Positions 19,057 to 28,444 of a stretch of 64,000 nucleotides of DNA are shown here, in pieces. Source of the DNA: a bacterium (GTDB taxonomy: Bacteria > Electryoneota > Electryoneia > Electryoneales > Electryoneaceae); contig CAXXKJ010000002.1 in NCBI GenBank assembly GCA_963675295.2, forward strand, positions 4,416,001-4,480,000. The letters run 5' to 3'. The translations under genes were made by a program, and so were the position numbers. The notes under the pieces were generated by a model. The model was given only the letters and a program-made list of their open reading frames with translations. It ran no database searches and was not told the DNA's origin. Within the stretch, counting starts at the first letter, position 1. Every line of letters begins with the position of its first letter.

Positions 19057-21597
19057 TCACCCTGTGAAGGTTCCGACCACGATCAGGACCAGCAGTGCAA
19101 GTCCAATCGCCAGCGCGCTGAACCCGAAGGTGTAGAGCAGGATACGCGGAATGACGGCCATCGGCTTGACACGCATGGTGTCGAGCTTGCCTTCCGCCTT
19201 CATCCGTTCGTACCACTCCTGGCGCTCTTCCATCATGTAGTGTTCGCTGACACGTCCCGTGAAGATGACTTCATCCATCGGGAAGTTCTCAGGACGGAAG
19301 TGCTCGTTGAAGAAATGTATGGTGAAGATGAAGCCTGTTGCGAGCAGTGCCTCCTCGGAGTGGATGATCATTGCAGCGTTGATCGCCCAACCCGGCAGGA
19401 ACCTGGTGAAGAATTCCGGGAACCACAAGGTGAGTCCGGACGCTCCGATCACCGCGACACCCCAGAACACCGCCATGTAGTCGAACTTCTCCCAGTAGGT
19501 GAACCGGTTGAAGGTCGGCCTTTCAGCGACACCGATGAAGAATCCGATGTGCTGGAAGAAGTCCTTGATGTCGCGCGGTTGCGGCACGAGGCTGTCGACT
19601 CCCCAGAGCAGGCTCTTCAGCGTCAACTTGCGTCGTACGAGCTTGTACATCAGGCCGCCGAGGTGCAACGCGAAGTAAGTGAAGGTCAATCCGGCACCGA
19701 TACGGTGCAGAATCGCCATCGTACGCAGATCGACGAGGTTGTTCGCGATCCAGTAGGATGCCTCAGTGTACGAATATTTCAGCGGCAGACCGGTCATCGC
19801 GAGCAGCAGGAAGCTGACGATCACGATACCGTGCTGGACGCGTTCGAATACGCCGAAGCGCATGTAGCGCACCTGACCCTTGCGTCCACGGATCTTCCGC
19901 CCGTGACGGATGCCATCCCAGCCGGCCCGCCACAGCCAGAGCAGGGTGTGGATGCCGAAGACGGTTAGCGTGATCCGCAGCAGCCAGACCATGAAGACGT
20001 GAATAATGTCGAGAACCGGATGTTCCTCGTGCGCCATCGGGTCGTAGTGCTGCAACTGGGCGACGAAGTTCTCGTTCACATCGTCGTGGCAACGACCGCA
20101 GGTTTCCATGATATGCTGCTGTGCGATGGAGGATTCCGGATTATCGCGCGGCAGGATCAAGTGGTTATCGTGGCACGAAACACAGGTCGCGAACTCCTCG
20201 CCCTGATAGCCCAGCGAATACGCCTTGCCGTGGTACGTGTTGAGGTAGCCACTGACGGCGTTCGGGTTGAGCTGGAAGCGGAGGATCATGTCACGGTCGG
20301 CGTGGCAGGACGCGCACAGCGAGATAATCGACTGACCGTCAAACTCCTTGGAAATCTTCTGGATCTGATCGCTGCCATGACAGGTTTCGCAGGTCGGGGC
20401 TTCAGTGTGGCCCTTGCGGAAGGCGACACCGTGTGCGGAACGTGACCAGAGGTCGTTCTCTTCCTCGTGGCAACTGGCGCAGCTTAGCGTACCGCCGCCG
20501 GCCTTGTGAGCTTCGGAGGCATCCTCATAGTGGTACGTGTGGCACTGCATGCAGGAGAAGTCGGTGCCATCCTCGCCGCTCATGATGGACGCGTGGGCGA
20601 GATTATCGTCCATGTGCGCGTCTTTATCATGGCAACGGTTACAGGTTTCGCTGACTTCTTCCTGGAAGTGTCCGCCGGCCTGGCCTTCGAAGTGTGTCTC
20701 GTGGCCGGTGTGGCATGCGGCGCAGGTCATCAGGCGCGCGTCCACCCCGCTCTTGCGGTGAATGGTGGCTTCCTTGCCCTCGTGGCACTGCGAGCAGGTG
20801 GCGTCCATGTTGTCGACATGGACCGGCGAGTGCCTGTCATCGACAGCGTAGATGTCGTGGAAGCCATGGCAATCGACGCAGATCGGCGCTTCCTCACTGC
20901 CCGCCTTGACGGCAAGGTAGTGTTCCGACTTGAGGTAGCCCTCGGAATCGTCCTTGTGACAGTTCAGGCATTTGCGGGTTACTTCAATCCGCCAGTCCGC
21001 CTCAAGCATGTCGCCACGTTCGTTCTTCGTGTGCGCGGCGTGGCACGAGGTGCAGGAGATGGTCGCATCCGTGGTTGAACCATGCACGGACTTCGCGAGC
21101 GTCTTCACCTCCTGGTTGTGGCAGACGCCGCAGACCTTGCGCGTGTCGGCCTCGCCGGAGATCTCGTGGTTGCCGTGACAGGACGTGCACCCGGGGATGT
21201 TGCTGAATCCGCGCGCCTCGAGGTGCTGATAGAACCCGTCCATGTACTCTTCGAACGCGTCATCGTGGCACATCGAGCAATCAACGCCCGGCAGGTTCGC
21301 TTCGTGCGGCCAATCCTCGACGCCGTCCAGCGACTGGTGGCAGTCGATGCAACCGAATCCGGCGTGGACCGACTCTTCGATCATCGCCGAATTCGCGTAC
21401 AGGGATTGCGGGATGCCCTGTTCCATGCGGGACATGTCTGGATCATCGTGACACATCTCGCAGGTTTCGTCATCCTGCGCGAACGCTCCCGCCGTCATGG
21501 TGAACAGCAGGAACGTCAGCAGAAACATCGCCATAGCGAGGGATGGTGTCATCCCTCGCGATGCGTTTACAGTTTTAATGCGGAAGAAGTGGATCAT
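19057..21597 (-). CDS. Multiheme cytochrome c (17 CxxCH) fused to C-terminal cytochrome b membrane domain, CbcL-like
   Basis: 17 CxxCH counted; C-terminal TM region with ERVQH..TGLP, ILHR, YWEKFDYMAVFWG, IHSEEALLA..HFF; start uncertain. Confidence 0.9.
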   Translation of the reverse strand: MIHFFRIKTVNASRGMTPSLAMAMFLLTFLLFTMTAGAFAQDDETCEMCHDDPDMSRMEQGIPQSLYANSAMIEESVHAGFGCIDCHQSLDGVEDWPHEANLPGVDCSMCHDDAFEEYMDGFYQHLEARGFSNIPGCTSCHGNHEISGEADTRKVCGVCHNQEVKTLAKSVHGSTTDATISCTSCHAAHTKNERGDMLEADWRIEVTRKCLNCHKDDSEGYLKSEHYLAVKAGSEEAPICVDCHGFHDIYAVDDRHSPVHVDNMDATCSQCHEGKEATIHRKSGVDARLMTCAACHTGHETHFEGQAGGHFQEEVSETCNRCHDKDAHMDDNLAHASIMSGEDGTDFSCMQCHTYHYEDASEAHKAGGGTLSCASCHEEENDLWSRSAHGVAFRKGHTEAPTCETCHGSDQIQKISKEFDGQSIISLCASCHADRDMILRFQLNPNAVSGYLNTYHGKAYSLGYQGEEFATCVSCHDNHLILPRDNPESSIAQQHIMETCGRCHDDVNENFVAQLQHYDPMAHEEHPVLDIIHVFMVWLLRITLTVFGIHTLLWLWRAGWDGIRHGRKIRGRKGQVRYMRFGVFERVQHGIVIVSFLLLAMTGLPLKYSYTEASYWIANNLVDLRTMAILHRIGAGLTFTYFALHLGGLMYKLVRRKLTLKSLLWGVDSLVPQPRDIKDFFQHIGFFIGVAERPTFNRFTYWEKFDYMAVFWGVAVIGASGLTLWFPEFFTRFLPGWAINAAMIIHSEEALLATGFIFTIHFFNEHFRPENFPMDEVIFTGRVSEHYMMEERQEWYERMKAEGKLDTMRVKPMAVIPRILLYTFGFSALAIGLALLVLIVVGTFTG

Positions 21598-24160
21598 CCT
21601 TCTCTCCGTCGGCATACTTGCCGGTGGGGGGCAAGAGCTTGGGTTCACGACCCAGTTCGTTCGTTTCATCGCTGTGGTGGTGGTCCCACTCGTGCTTCGG
21701 CATTCTTCCCGTAATCCAGATCCAGCTCATCGGATACTCGCGCGGAATGAAGATGGTGAAGAAGAAGTGCCAGATAATGATTGCACCAACAGCGAGAATC
21801 GCTTCGTAAAAGTGAATGGTTTCGCTGACTCGAATGACCCAGGCCGGCAGGAAGGCTGTGACCAGGTCCGGATACATCAGGATGAAGCCGGTCAGACCCA
21901 TGACAATCGTCCCCCAGACCAGGGCCCAGTACTCGGCTTTTTGCGTGTAGTCGAACATGCCGTGGCGCGGCTGCTTCGTCTTCATGCCCATGTAATAGGC
22001 CATGGTACCAAGCGCGCGTCCGGCGTCCTTCGGATGCGGGATCATCGCCTTCATCAGCTCACGTCCACGCGCGGTGAACCAGAGATACGCGATGTGGTAG
22101 AACGACGTGGCGATCATCAACCCGGCCATCAGGCGGTGGGTGAACGCACGAACGTTTTCCGTCATCCCGAGCGCAGTGAGCATTTTCACCCACCAGGCCT
22201 CCGGATAACGCAACGCGAAGCCGGTAATCGCCAGCACAATGAAGGTAAACGCCAGCAGGACATGCTGCCAGATCTCGTTCTTCGTCATGCGCAGCACGGC
22301 TTCCTGCGCTTCGTGGTGACGCTTGTGGTGACGGATGGTCTTGAACAGGATGAGACCGTTGTGGAAGGCCATTCCGCCGAGCACGATCGCGATCAGGATG
22401 ATGTAGATCACCTGCGCGTAGTCGTGAATACCCCAAGCGCCTCGCGCTGAGATGTGGCTGTAACTTGCCGCGAAGGTTGCGTTCGACTGCGGGTGGCACT
22501 TGCGGCAGGTTTCGACGACGTTGTCCGGGTGAATGCTCGATTCCGGATCGAAGATGCTGCGCACATCGTGCGTGTTGTGGCAGTCTTCGCACGTCGCAAC
22601 GGCTTCTCCACCGCGCTGAATCGCCCAGCCATGGTAGCTGTCCAGGTAACTGGAGAACACTTCGGTAGGCAGACCGTATCGCGCACCCATTTCCGGGTCT
22701 TCGTGGCACTCGCGGCATGCCATGTTGGTGATGTTGCCAGGATTGACCGGCGAGTTCGGGTCGCTGGTGTCGAGAATCAGGTGTTCGTCGTGGCAGTCGG
22801 TGCAGTCCGGCGAATCTTTGATACCGTGCTGGACCGCGCGTCCGTGAACTGAACCGGCGTATTTGTCCGCCACCTTGTCATGGCACTGGCCGCAGGTCTG
22901 CACCAGGTTTTCACGGGCGACCATCGAGCTCGGAACGTTCGCCGATTGCAAGTTGTGGCTGCCGTGGCAGTCGGTACACACCGCAGTGTGCTTGCCTTCA
23001 GCCAATCCCTTGCCGTGGACCGATTCCGAGTAGCTCGGCAAGCTGATCGGGAGGCGGACATAGTCGTTGGTGATGACGGTGTTGTCGGTGTGGCATTCGC
23101 CGCACATGTCCGGAATGTTGGCGTGGTTCACCGGGCTTTCCGGATTTTCCGCCGGGAGAATGTGGTGTCCGCCGTGGCAGTCGGCGCATTCCGCGGCGAC
23201 AACGTCCCCGTGCAAACGGGCGAGACGGTGGGCGCTGGTACGGTAGACCGCTTCCGCGTCTTCATGGCACTGGCCGCAGCCGAATTCGAGCTCGCTTCCC
23301 TCTTCAACATCCGCAGACACCTGGTGCGTCTTGTGGCAGGAGAGGCAGTTCATGTCCCCTTCGGCGAGCAGATCTTCGTGCACCGATCCGGTGAACTGGG
23401 AATCGTAATCGTCGTGACAGTCGACGCAGGCCTGTAGCGTGCCGCTGTCGACTTCAGGGATGTGGGTGGCGTGCACATCGTGGCAGGATGCGCAGTTGAT
23501 CGCCCCGCGTTCGGTTTCGCCGAACGGATGGCCGCCGATCATCACCGACTGCATCGCGTTGTCGTGGCAGGAGAGACAGATGGTGTTGACCGCGCCGGCG
23601 GACGGCGGCAGGTCGGCGCCGTGCGTCGGGTGGCAGGAGGTGCAGCCCGGGCTCGGCTTGCCCTGATCATGCGCAACCTGGTGCACCGACCCACGATACG
23701 CCTGGGTTTCCTTGCGGTGGCAAACCCGGCACGCGTTTTCCTCGATACCGGTGTCGACACTCTGCAGCCGGTGCGGGTCCTGGGATGAACCGTGGCAGTC
23801 GGAGCAGTTCGGCGCTTCACGCACACCCTGTGCCAGCGCACGGCCATGGAAGCTGCCATCGTAGCTGCCGGCGGCATCTTCATGGCACATGCTGCAGTCT
23901 ACCGGGTGGTAGACGCTGAAGTGGGGCAAATCTTCCCAGTCGGCTCCGGGTTGATCGTGGCAGTCGACACAGTCGAAGAAGCCGTGGACACTGTCCATGT
24001 AATACTCTTCGTCGACACCGACGATGGTACCATCTTCGGCTTCCAGTTCGGTATCGGCATGACACATCAGGCAGTCATCCGCTGACTGCGCGAACAGCAG
24101 AACCGGCAACAGCCAGATCAGCAGGAAGAACCCGAATCGAGTGTGCGGGTGCGCGTGCAT
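21575..24160 (-). CDS. Multiheme cytochrome c (19 CxxCH) fused to cytochrome b membrane domain, CbcL-like paralog
   Basis: 19 CxxCH counted; EIWQH..TGFAL, THR, YTQKAEYWALVWG, IHFYEAILA..WHFF; signal peptide. Confidence 0.9.
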   Translation of the reverse strand: MHAHPHTRFGFFLLIWLLPVLLFAQSADDCLMCHADTELEAEDGTIVGVDEEYYMDSVHGFFDCVDCHDQPGADWEDLPHFSVYHPVDCSMCHEDAAGSYDGSFHGRALAQGVREAPNCSDCHGSSQDPHRLQSVDTGIEENACRVCHRKETQAYRGSVHQVAHDQGKPSPGCTSCHPTHGADLPPSAGAVNTICLSCHDNAMQSVMIGGHPFGETERGAINCASCHDVHATHIPEVDSGTLQACVDCHDDYDSQFTGSVHEDLLAEGDMNCLSCHKTHQVSADVEEGSELEFGCGQCHEDAEAVYRTSAHRLARLHGDVVAAECADCHGGHHILPAENPESPVNHANIPDMCGECHTDNTVITNDYVRLPISLPSYSESVHGKGLAEGKHTAVCTDCHGSHNLQSANVPSSMVARENLVQTCGQCHDKVADKYAGSVHGRAVQHGIKDSPDCTDCHDEHLILDTSDPNSPVNPGNITNMACRECHEDPEMGARYGLPTEVFSSYLDSYHGWAIQRGGEAVATCEDCHNTHDVRSIFDPESSIHPDNVVETCRKCHPQSNATFAASYSHISARGAWGIHDYAQVIYIILIAIVLGGMAFHNGLILFKTIRHHKRHHEAQEAVLRMTKNEIWQHVLLAFTFIVLAITGFALRYPEAWWVKMLTALGMTENVRAFTHRLMAGLMIATSFYHIAYLWFTARGRELMKAMIPHPKDAGRALGTMAYYMGMKTKQPRHGMFDYTQKAEYWALVWGTIVMGLTGFILMYPDLVTAFLPAWVIRVSETIHFYEAILAVGAIIIWHFFFTIFIPREYPMSWIWITGRMPKHEWDHHHSDETNELGREPKLLPPTGKYADGEKDDPLLPH

Positions 24161-24599
24161 CTGAATCCATCTCCACCAGGTTGTGCGTTGAACAAAGCGT
24201 TTGCAGCGGTTGCAGTTCCGTTCAACGCGTGGCCCCATAATGGGGTCGTGTCAAGGCGTGAGGTCGTCCTCACGAAGTTGTTTGTGCGTGGAAACAATCG
24301 GTCTTAGGCCGGCTGGCATCAGAATTAGGCAATTCGTGGTATCGCTTGCCGTTTGATCAATCCAGCCATTGTGAATATAATAACGAACCCTCCTCGATAC
24401 CGATTGTTAAGCTCTCCAAACCTCTGGTATTTCAACAACAGAGCGGGTGCCGAAATCTCACCCGCTCGTGCAAATCTTCACAAACTTTTAACAGCAGTAA
24501 ACCGTGTGGAAGTGTGGCCTGCAGCCTTGGGGGCTCCACGGCTGCAGGCCGACACGCCGTCTGGGGGGCTGACGGCAGTTTCACACGGAAAACCACTCA

Positions 24600-25133
24600 C
24601 TATTCGCCCTCGGGAACGCTGTGTTCGATCTCCGCCCAATACTCTTCGAGGACGAATGGCTTGTAGGTCGGGCTCTCTTCATTATGGCAGGACACGCAAC
24701 CTTCTTTCGGCGCGGCGACCATGCCGTTTGCGATGGAAGCTTCACGATCCTTCATGATCTTCATCGACTTGTAGTCGGCGCCGGCACCATGGCAGGATTC
24801 GCAGGAGATACCGTCGGCCATGTCGAGGTCGGCGGTCAGGCTGGCATCCATACCGTACCCGGTGACGTGGCACTTCAGGCATTCGGCGGCTTCCTGCGGG
24901 TTACCGAGGCCCTTTTCGGTGGCGATGGCTTTTGCCTCATCGGTGGCGAGGGTTGCGTACGCCTTGGCGTGCGGACCTTCCTGCCACTTCTCGAGGATCA
25001 TGCCTTTCTTTTCACCCTTGTGGCACATGCCACATTTGTTCGCTCCGATGAACGCATGGTCTTGCGCGAACACGTCGGCGCTATAGGCTCCCACCACGAG
25101 GATGGCGAGGAGCAAGATCAGGATCTTTCGCAT
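24600..25133 (-). CDS. Periplasmic tetraheme cytochrome c, c554-like
   Basis: Signal peptide MRKILILL; CGMCH, CLKCH, CESCH, CVSCH; W..GPHAKAY and GISCESCHG.G pattern. Confidence 0.88.
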   Translation of the reverse strand: MRKILILLLAILVVGAYSADVFAQDHAFIGANKCGMCHKGEKKGMILEKWQEGPHAKAYATLATDEAKAIATEKGLGNPQEAAECLKCHVTGYGMDASLTADLDMADGISCESCHGAGADYKSMKIMKDREASIANGMVAAPKEGCVSCHNEESPTYKPFVLEEYWAEIEHSVPEGE

Positions 25134-25194
25134 GTATCTATGCCTCCTTTGTGAAGGAAATGTGGTTTCCTCAAGTTCCGCGTTTTTTCTTGTA

Positions 25195-26163
25195 CTATTC
25201 GTTGAAGTTAACAGATCCATTAATGTGCAGATCTTCGTTCACAATCTCAACGAATGTGTCGTCATCATCGCCGTCCGCACCGACAACAGCCCCGTGGCAC
25301 GAGACGCAGTCATCGTTGGCCGGGTGGCCCTGTTCGAGCGGCGGCGGATACATGTGGCACGAGGTGCATGTGAACTCGACGTTCTGCAGCCGCCAGTCAA
25401 GCACGCCACCGCCGTGACAGTAGACGTTCGAACAGGTGCTGGCGTCCGTATTCCATTCCGGATCGAAATCACCAGTCCGTGCGACACTGCCGAAGCGGAT
25501 TTCGACCATGCCCGGGGTGTCGTCGTTGTAGTGACCATCCGCAACGGCCTGTGCCGGTTGGCGGTGACAGTCGGCGCAAGTCATGTCCGCGTGCCAGCCG
25601 CTGCCAGCGAGGTGCGTCATGTGTGCGCCCTTGTCGGGTGCCCAATCGATCATGACGGACGCGTCACCTTCAAAGTTACCGTGGCAGGTATTGCACGCCA
25701 GGGCACCGAGTTCGCTGTCGTGGCAGCCTTCGGACGAGCAGCTGCCGCCGAAGTCGACGTCCAGCTGATCCGCGGGTTGACTGGTCGCGGAGTGACAGGT
25801 GTAGCACTCGTCCATCATGTATTCGTTTTCACTCATCCACTGCGCGTGTTCGAACGCGTTGTCGAAAAAGACATAGTGGTTGTTGGTGTTGTGGCACTCG
25901 GTGCAGGCGCGCACCGGGTCCATCGGATCACCGAGTTCAACACCGCGCAGCTCTTCACCATGGCACTCGGTACACTGGGCGAAATCGTAATCCTGTGCCA
26001 CCATGTAGGCAGCGTGGCTGGATTCACCGAACGGGTGCCGCGCCTCGGCTGGCGAGGTCGGATCCCAATCGTCCGCGACTTCACTCCCGCAGCCTGTCAG
26101 CAGACCAGCGACGGTCAGCACCAGGATCGGGAGGAGCCAGCGTGTATCACGTTTCTTCAGCAT
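25195..26163 (-). CDS. Lipoprotein multiheme cytochrome c with CxxxxCH/CxxCH motifs (9 hemes)
   Basis: Lipobox LLTGC; 7 CxxCH plus CSSEGCH and CSNVYCH; C-terminal HINGSV. Confidence 0.88.
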   Translation of the reverse strand: MLKKRDTRWLLPILVLTVAGLLTGCGSEVADDWDPTSPAEARHPFGESSHAAYMVAQDYDFAQCTECHGEELRGVELGDPMDPVRACTECHNTNNHYVFFDNAFEHAQWMSENEYMMDECYTCHSATSQPADQLDVDFGGSCSSEGCHDSELGALACNTCHGNFEGDASVMIDWAPDKGAHMTHLAGSGWHADMTCADCHRQPAQAVADGHYNDDTPGMVEIRFGSVARTGDFDPEWNTDASTCSNVYCHGGGVLDWRLQNVEFTCTSCHMYPPPLEQGHPANDDCVSCHGAVVGADGDDDDTFVEIVNEDLHINGSVNFNE

Positions 26164-26175
26164 GGTTCGTCTCCT

Positions 26176-27003
26176 TTACTGGTGACACCGGGCACAGACC
26201 GGGTCCTGGTTTTCGACATCGTGGCACGCGAGGCAGGCGAGCAGGAATGCGCTGGCGTCATCAACGTGCTCACCGCCGTCCGCGTTGTTGGCGTACGTTG
26301 GCCCGAGCGGGTGCGGCGTCGGCACGGTCGCGCGGTGGCAGGCGATGCAGTCGTCGCGGGTTTCATGGCACGACAGGCATTCCTGTCCGTACATGGTTTC
26401 CAGCGAGTGGGAGAAGCGCCACTCCGGCGGATGCGGCGTGTTCGCCAGGATGTTTTCGCCCTGGTGGCATTCGTCGCACGTGTTCTGAGTGTGGCAGGCG
26501 GCGCAATCGTTCTCGCTCATCATCGCGTCCATGCCGTGATCATGTACCCAGGTTTCGAGCCGGTGCGTCGTCGGCGTCACCTCGAGATCTTCGTGGCAGC
26601 CCTGGCAGCTTTCGCTGGTCGGATAGCCGGGTTCCATCTCGTCGGCGGGACCGTGGCAGGCGGCGCAGTCGAGATCGCCGTGATTGCCGTGCGCGAAGGT
26701 TGTGTATTTCGTACCGGCGTACACTGCCGGCGCGGCCATCGGATCGCCGACGTGACAGGTTTCGCAGTCATCGTCGACGTCGTGGCACATTTCGCAGGTG
26801 TCGTGGTTCGGCACCGGGATCATGTCGTCGAGCATCGTGTCCATGATGCCCGCGTGACAATCTTCACAGGCAATGCCGGCGTCCGCGACGTGCAGCGGAT
26901 GGTTAAAGTTGAGGTGGCCGTAGTTTCCGCCGATGGCGAACCAGGCAACGGTCAGCAGCCCGAGCAGCAGGGCGGCGATGCGGATGGTGCGTTTCGTCGT
27001 CAT
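26176..27003 (-). CDS. Periplasmic 11-heme cytochrome c (c3/c7-like N-terminus)
   Basis: Signal peptide; FNHPLH and FAHGNH distal-His motifs; 11 CxxCH. Confidence 0.9.
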   Translation of the reverse strand: MTTKRTIRIAALLLGLLTVAWFAIGGNYGHLNFNHPLHVADAGIACEDCHAGIMDTMLDDMIPVPNHDTCEMCHDVDDDCETCHVGDPMAAPAVYAGTKYTTFAHGNHGDLDCAACHGPADEMEPGYPTSESCQGCHEDLEVTPTTHRLETWVHDHGMDAMMSENDCAACHTQNTCDECHQGENILANTPHPPEWRFSHSLETMYGQECLSCHETRDDCIACHRATVPTPHPLGPTYANNADGGEHVDDASAFLLACLACHDVENQDPVCARCHQ

Positions 27004-28265
27004 CGTGTCACCTCCGCGGTATCAAATCCCCAGCGCAGGCCGATCATCGCCCGGCGGTCCTGATCGTACTGTGGCGTCTGGAAGTGCTGGTACTCGAGTT
27101 TCATCGACACACCGTGCAAGAAGGCCGGGTAGTAGTTGACACCACCATACAGCGACAGGATTTCGCTCGTGTCGTCGTTGGTGTTGTCGAACGCCTCCCA
27201 TTCGTAGCTGGCGAAGGAACCGTAGCCGTAGACCTCGATCTGGTCCAGCATCATGTAGTTTGCCTGGGCCCAGAAGCCGTTCGCGGTCGGCTGATCGCCG
27301 GCGTAAAAGCGGTAGCCAATGCGGCCGAACGGGAACTTAGCGTACGGTCCGATGCGGTAGCCGGGTTTGTCGGTCATCAGGGCGGCGATGTCAAATCCCA
27401 TACCCCACATGTCCTTGACAAACCAGCGGTCGGCGGCGGCACGAACGCGGAAGAACGTCGTTTCATCGAAGTCTGCGAAGTAGCTTTCTTCGGGTGCTTC
27501 AGCGGAAATGGCTGACACTTCCAGCATGCGCGAGCAGATCTCGCCATTCATGCGGACGCGGCTGATGAAGCGCCGCAGCGGTGTGCCTTCGGTGCGGAAA
27601 CGGAACAGGTTGTACCACGTGATGGAATTGGTGAACCGGTGTGTGGTCTGCAGGCCGACACGGTTGCGCAGCTCTTCCTTGTCACGCTGAATGTTTGCGT
27701 AGGAGAGTGCGATGTGGGTCTGACGTGCCCAGAGCACATTGCGTCCCACCCAGCCAACTTCACCGCCGAACGCCATCGATTCATCCGGATCTTCGAATTC
27801 GAATTCCCGGGTGATCGGACCCCAGAGGCCGCCGAAGAGGGCGACGTTGAAGCCGTGCTTGAAGCGGTAGTTGACGTCGAGGCCGTCCAACACACCGATC
27901 GCCGGACCACGAACGAGAAAGAAGCGGCCGAGCTTCGCGCGTACCGGTGATCCGAGATCGCCGTAGCGCAGGTAGCCGCGGGTGAAGCGGAGAACGTCGT
28001 CCTCCACCCCTTCCTTATAGACGTTGTCGCCGGTCCAGCCGCCGCTGAAGTGGAGGGACCACGGAGATCCCGTCTTGTACAGCGACGCGCTCGTTTGCTG
28101 CATCATCCACACGTGATGCTGGTTGTCGGCATCCTGGTAGCCGTACGCGCTGCCACCGATGGACCCCTTGAGCCGGAAATCGCCAGCCGTGGCAGTGCCC
28201 GCGACAGCGAGCAATGCGACGGCTGTCAGGGTGACGATTGTCCAGCGTCCCCAATTCCTGTTCAT
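27000..28265 (-). CDS. Outer-membrane beta-barrel protein (putative porin of a porin-cytochrome complex)
   Basis: Signal peptide, alternating aromatic/Gly strands, KLGRFF, C-terminal IGLRWGF; no heme motifs; 4-bp overlap with the 11-heme gene. Confidence 0.75.
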   Translation of the reverse strand: MNRNWGRWTIVTLTAVALLAVAGTATAGDFRLKGSIGGSAYGYQDADNQHHVWMMQQTSASLYKTGSPWSLHFSGGWTGDNVYKEGVEDDVLRFTRGYLRYGDLGSPVRAKLGRFFLVRGPAIGVLDGLDVNYRFKHGFNVALFGGLWGPITREFEFEDPDESMAFGGEVGWVGRNVLWARQTHIALSYANIQRDKEELRNRVGLQTTHRFTNSITWYNLFRFRTEGTPLRRFISRVRMNGEICSRMLEVSAISAEAPEESYFADFDETTFFRVRAAADRWFVKDMWGMGFDIAALMTDKPGYRIGPYAKFPFGRIGYRFYAGDQPTANGFWAQANYMMLDQIEVYGYGSFASYEWEAFDNTNDDTSEILSLYGGVNYYPAFLHGVSMKLEYQHFQTPQYDQDRRAMIGLRWGFDTAEVTR

Positions 28266-28444
28266 GCGTTCCTCCCATTTGGGAAAGGAAGTAAGCCCAT
28301 GTATTGCAATGTTTTAGCTTGACCTTCGAAAGCAGACGACCGCCTGCGCCGGATGTTGGGGGGCGCCGGCGGTCGTCCGTAATGGTCAACCGATACAGAC
28401 GGTGACGGTGTCTAGCATGGTACCGTCCTGTCTGTTACTGCCAA

